Shown here: positions 59,734 through 64,000 of the stretch, one piece after another
Layout: every line of letters begins with the position of its first letter
Position numbering within the stretch: position 1 is the stretch's first letter
DNA from: Selaginella moellendorffii
Taxonomy: Eukaryota > Plantae > Lycopodiophyta
Direction of reading: 5' to 3'
NCBI RefSeq assembly: GCF_000143415.4
Contig: NW_003314279.1
Location: 1,997,679 to 2,061,678, forward strand
DNA length: 64,000 bases
Notes under the pieces: generated by a model
What the model was told of the DNA's origin: nothing
The model's input: only the letters and a program-made list of their open reading frames with translations
The model's database searches: none
Translations under genes and position numbers: made by a program

Positions 59734-61226
59734 ATGGAGTGTTTTAGAAATTCATATCTAAGCAGTGTTTTCGTCCTGAACAAGCAAATTGAAATGCACG
59801 GTAGATGTGGTAACATCAAGCATGCAGCTCAGATCTTCCATGGTATGGCCAAGAGGGACAAGTTCAGTTGGGATCTTTTGCTGGTTGCCTTCTGCAAAAA
59901 CGGGCATTTTGATGAAGCGCGAAGGCTCTTCAGCTGCATGCCGTGCTGGAGTCTCGTGTCATTTACTGCTATGATTTCTGTTGCCTCCCAGAGAGGCCAA
60001 AGCAAGAAATACAATCTGTTACAAACTTGATGCCAGAGCACGATCTTTTCTCTGTAAACGCGGTGCTTTTTGCCTTTGCCGAAAATGGGCATCTTGATTC
60101 TGCCAAGGTAGTATTTAGCAAAATGCCTGCTCGCAACTTGGTGTCGTGGACGACGATGCTGGGGGCTTTATCTCAATTCGCGGATGTGGAAAGCACTTTT
60201 GAAGAGATGCCGGAGCACGATGTCGTCTCGTGCACTTGCGCAATTGCAGCATTCTCCCGTCACGGGCATCTGGAGTCTTCTCTGGAGCTCTTCCACGCCA
60301 TGCGTGTGAGGAATTTCTCGACTTGCACCGCAATCCTCTCCGGCTACGTCCACTGCGGCCTCCTGAAAGAGTCCGAGCGCTTCTTTCACGATCAAATGCC
60401 ACAGCACGATCTTGTCTCCGTCACAACGCTGCTCGTCGCCTACACCCAAAGCCAACGCCTTGAGGAAGCCAGCTGCCTCTTTGATTCTCTTCCGTACGTA
60501 GATGCCGTGTGTTGGAACGCCATAGCCACGGGACTTTCCCAGTGCGGCCTCCTGGACGAAACCACGAAAATCCTCGACAAAATGCCGGCATGGAATCTTG
60601 CAACCTGGAACACGCTGCTAACATCACACTCCTTGCAAGGGAATCTTACCGGGGCTAGAAGAGTCTTTCACGAAATGCCATACAAGAACTTGGTGTCGTG
60701 GAACGCAATGCTCTCGGCATATGCCCAAAACGGGCAGCTTTCTCTTGCAAGGAAGGTGTTCCAAACGATGCCCCTGCGCAGCGTTGAATCCTTCAGTGTA
60801 ATGCTGACCGCATATGCCCAAGCCAGCAGCCCCAGCGACGTGTTTGATTCCTTCGAAGAGATGAAGATAGTGGAGATGCCCGACGATTCCTGCTTCACTT
60901 TGGTGCTGATGGCGAGCAGCCAAGTGGGCGAGCCCAATGTCGGCGGCTCCTACTTCAACTCCATGCGTCTGGATTACGGGGTGGCGGCGAGAAAGCAACA
61001 CTACTGCTGCATCGTGGACATGCTGGGGCGAGCGGGATACCTGCATGCGGCGGAAGAGCTTGTGCAAACCATGCCTTTTCTTCCCAACTCGTGGGACTGG
61101 ACGTCCATGCTAAGTTCTTCCAGAGGCGATAGAATCTGGAAAAACGGTGCTCGAGTGACGAAACGAGCTTTGCTTTCGGGCCCCAGCGATGGAGCTGCTC
61201 TTGTGCTGCTCGCACGCTCCTCATGA
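59734..61226 (+). pseudogene. Short-repeat PPR gene with one frameshift near 60000
   Basis: ORFs 59734-60030 and 59943-61226 carry consecutive PPR motifs in different frames. Confidence 0.8.
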
Positions 61227-61268
61227 TTCTTACTACTTTTCCGAAACTTTACCTCTATAAAATGGGTT

Positions 61269-62703
61269 ATCGAATTTAGGGCCCCGCCTCTCCGACGCCG
61301 CGACGATGTGGTCGCGAGTTTGAATCGCTTCTTGGACATCTGGAAGGCGGCATCGGCCATCGGCCAGGTTTTATCCTTACTACCATTTCTCGTATTTTGG
61401 AGCTGAATCGCGTGATTCTAGAGGAGGCGCATTGCCATTGTTACATGTGTTAGGGTCATTGACAATTTCAGCTCGGGTAGTCGAGGAGCAGAGTGCGTTA
61501 TTCTTTCTTCTCATTCTTTTTTTATGATTTTTTTTTTCAAGGCACTTCCTTGCAAGTGACTGCTGTGATTTTCCTTCATCGGAGGCAAGCAGCACTCTTT
61601 TTTTCTTTTGCAAATGGTGATGCTACTTTCGTGAAATACTTTTTAGAGGATCTATGCAGCCATTTTGCCGCTCGCTGCCGGCTAATCCCATACAAGAATG
61701 TCTCGAGCCTGTGGATGGATCAATCCGGGGTAAGCGAAATCTGCCTTTTATTTCTTCGAGAGTTTAACTCCCGCTTCGCAGCACGAGAAAAATGGTTTGA
61801 TGCTGTCACTCGGGCAGTCACAGGACATAGCTCAGTTCTTGTTTCTCTTCTTGAGTTCTTAAGAATCAAAACAGGCGGTGCTCCAGAAGAAGCTCTTGAA
61901 GCTCGAGTTCACTACGCTCTTCGAGTACCTCCAAGTAAGAAACGTGCCGCGCAAACTCTGGTTTGTATGACGGTTTTTCGTGGCACATTTTAGAAGATTG
62001 TTGGAGCTGCCATGAAACCAGTTGGCAGGCATGCTATGTTTTACTTTGCAGCGGCTGTCTCCGACTTCTACGTCCCCTGGAACTCCATGGTAAGAACTTC
62101 TCGTCTTCTCTCGTTTTGTTTTCGGTGGAAATCTCAAAAATAATCTTCTCTATCCAGATGGAGCACAAGATCCAGTCGGATGACGGCTCGATGACAATGC
62201 AGCTCGCTCCGGTTCCAAAGATGCTTGGATTGTTACGAAAGCATTGGGCTCCGGAGGCCTTTTGCGTCTCGTTCAAGGTTTTTCATTTCCTCTTTACTCT
62301 TCTCCTCTATAGCAGCTCAATCGAGCAAAGTTTTATATCGTATCAGCTGGAAACGGACGTGGACATACTCCTCAAGAAAGTACGCTCGTCGCTTTGCAAG
62401 TATGGCATGCACGCGGTGGTCGGCAACGAGCTCGACACGAGGAAGAACAGGGTCGTGATTGTGACAAGAAAAGTAGAGATGGTTTTGGAAAAGGGTGACT
62501 GCTCCGACATAGAGTTGCCGCTGGTGAATTTTCTGGTCGGCCATGTATCTCCAGCAGCAACAAGCATGAATTTGGCAGCAGCACGAGAGCCTTGCGCTCG
62601 TCCCATCAAATCCTCCACAGGTCAAGTCCACTCACTCGCGAGTTCTTCCTTGTCTCAAACACTTGCCGGCTCCCAGGTCTTCCTCTCCAATCTCCTCATA
62701 TAA
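61269..62703 (+). pseudogene. Phosphopantothenate-cysteine ligase (PPCS/CoaB), degenerate copy
   Basis: APPL.., [61 protein letters not shown]|LETD. No in-frame ATG is seen and the TSGGT region is corrupted and frameshifted. Confidence 0.8.
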
Positions 62704-63500
62704 ATGTATGGAAGATGCGACCGATGCTCTCTTGGTTTTTGAGGGGTCTTGTTTGATCTCTTGTTCTTGGCATATGCCCAAAACGGACATCCACAAAGGT
62801 CACGGACGGCCATGTTGGTATTATACGCACGGAATGGCCACCTTGGCGATGCCATGGGTCAGAGACATTGTGGCCAACTGTGGCATATGCATCTTGTTAA
62901 AGAGCTTAAAATTTCTAGAGAGATGCTCAAAGAATCTTGTAGGGGGCATCTTGTTGGCGCCAAGTTCAGCGCGAGGGATGTTTGAAGTGATGCTTGAGCG
63001 AGATCTCGTGTGGAGCGTGATCTCGTGTCCTTGGCCAGAGTCTGTGGCATCTGATGAGCAGTAGAATAGGCGGACAAGCTGTCCTTGAAATCCCTTGCTA
63101 GTGCTTCTTACAAATGCTCAGCTAATTTCTTATGCCGAGCGGGGCAATTGGATCCGCTAAGCTTTCCTTTGATGCTATGCCGGGAAGGGATCAAGTATCC
63201 TGGAATGCTAAAATTTTTGTGCCGGGCATTGTCACTGTCGAAACTGATGCTTGATAGTGTTCCTTATCATATTGGAATGCAATGTTATCAGCAGCATCTT
63301 CAGTTTTCCGAATCAGTTTCTTTCATCAAATGCCAGACGTGTCTTGGAATGCAATGTTTTTCCTCATGCTTGCTTGGGATGTTATTTCCTTCAACACCTT
63401 ATTGGGCAGTATGCAGCTTGGAGGGAAACAAAGTATCGTTTTTCAAGCTGACACCCTTTGGTCAGTTGGATCCAATTGACTTAGGGTGTGAAGGATAAGA
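62704..63500 (+). pseudogene. PPR fragments
   Basis: MYGRC, LAYAQNGH, YARNGHLGDA, MPDVSWNAM..WDVISFNTLL with stops and frameshifts. Confidence 0.7.
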
Positions 63501-63599
63501 TTTTAACAGTTCTTTTGGACCATGATAGCTGAGTCTATTGCTGGACTCACTATAACGAGGGAATGTGTTAATCTTCTTATGTAAAAGTGTTCATATGTG

Positions 63600-64000
63600 T
63601 GGAGGTTGTACTTGCTATGTAAACCCTTCTCCATCAAACTTGCGGATGGATGCCTTTCCTTCTATAGTGCTATCCCAGCTCCGATACCATGAGACAAATC
63701 GGGATCAAAGCGCACCGCGCTAGCGGACAGAACAGGAAAACCCTAATGTCTACGTGGTGAGGGTGTGTCGTGTAACAATCCTGACTTGCCTGTGTTGGAG
63801 CCACGAGAACGTTGAGCCCGTTGCCACACTTATGATCGTGTTGAGCACCATGGGAGCAGCGCAAAAGTTGGTCATGTTGTGCTCGGCTATGGTGACAAAG
63901 ATTCCTTTGGCCGTCACCTGTGGAAACGAGGAACTTTACTGCTATACGAGTGTAAATGAAGAGATGAGGAAAAGCAAACCTGGCGAAGACATATGTTGGT
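63600..64000 (-). mobile_element. Ty1/copia remnant: end of 5' LTR (63690 onward), PBS and gag start
   Basis: The minus strand reads ...TCTCA|TGGTATCGGAGC (PBS 63678-63689), then EGKASIRKFDGEGFT*, resembling the copia gag N-terminal KFDG motif. Confidence 0.65.

Overview
Compact, intron-rich land-plant nuclear DNA. It is most likely the lycophyte Selaginella; this is inferred from the very short introns, an intronless microbial-type terpene synthase and many short-repeat PPR genes. The first ~16 kb is a rearranged accessory region. It holds a B3-domain gene, two frameshifted Crinkler/RHS-like (CR) effector relics (REase+kinase and NTPase+REase), and a degenerate tandem plus inverted array of a ~2.5 kb unit made of an orphan 121-aa ORF and a nuclear CemA-like (DLDG1) gene. 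The rest is gene dense. It contains a TFxPxI-repeat coiled-coil gene, a TFIIIC-delta-like WD40 gene with isolated perfect B-boxes in its own promoter, several PPR genes and pseudogenes, a TRM/LONGIFOLIA-like gene, a giant protein kinase, a 2-Cys peroxiredoxin, an RVxW/CaaX protein, a UGT, an EF-hand protein, an F-box/WD40 gene, a PMIR-like C2 protein, DUF1644, an MTPSL terpene synthase, a PPCS pseudogene and two LTR/PBS remnants. Exon boundaries were read by eye and family calls come from motif recognition, not database searches.
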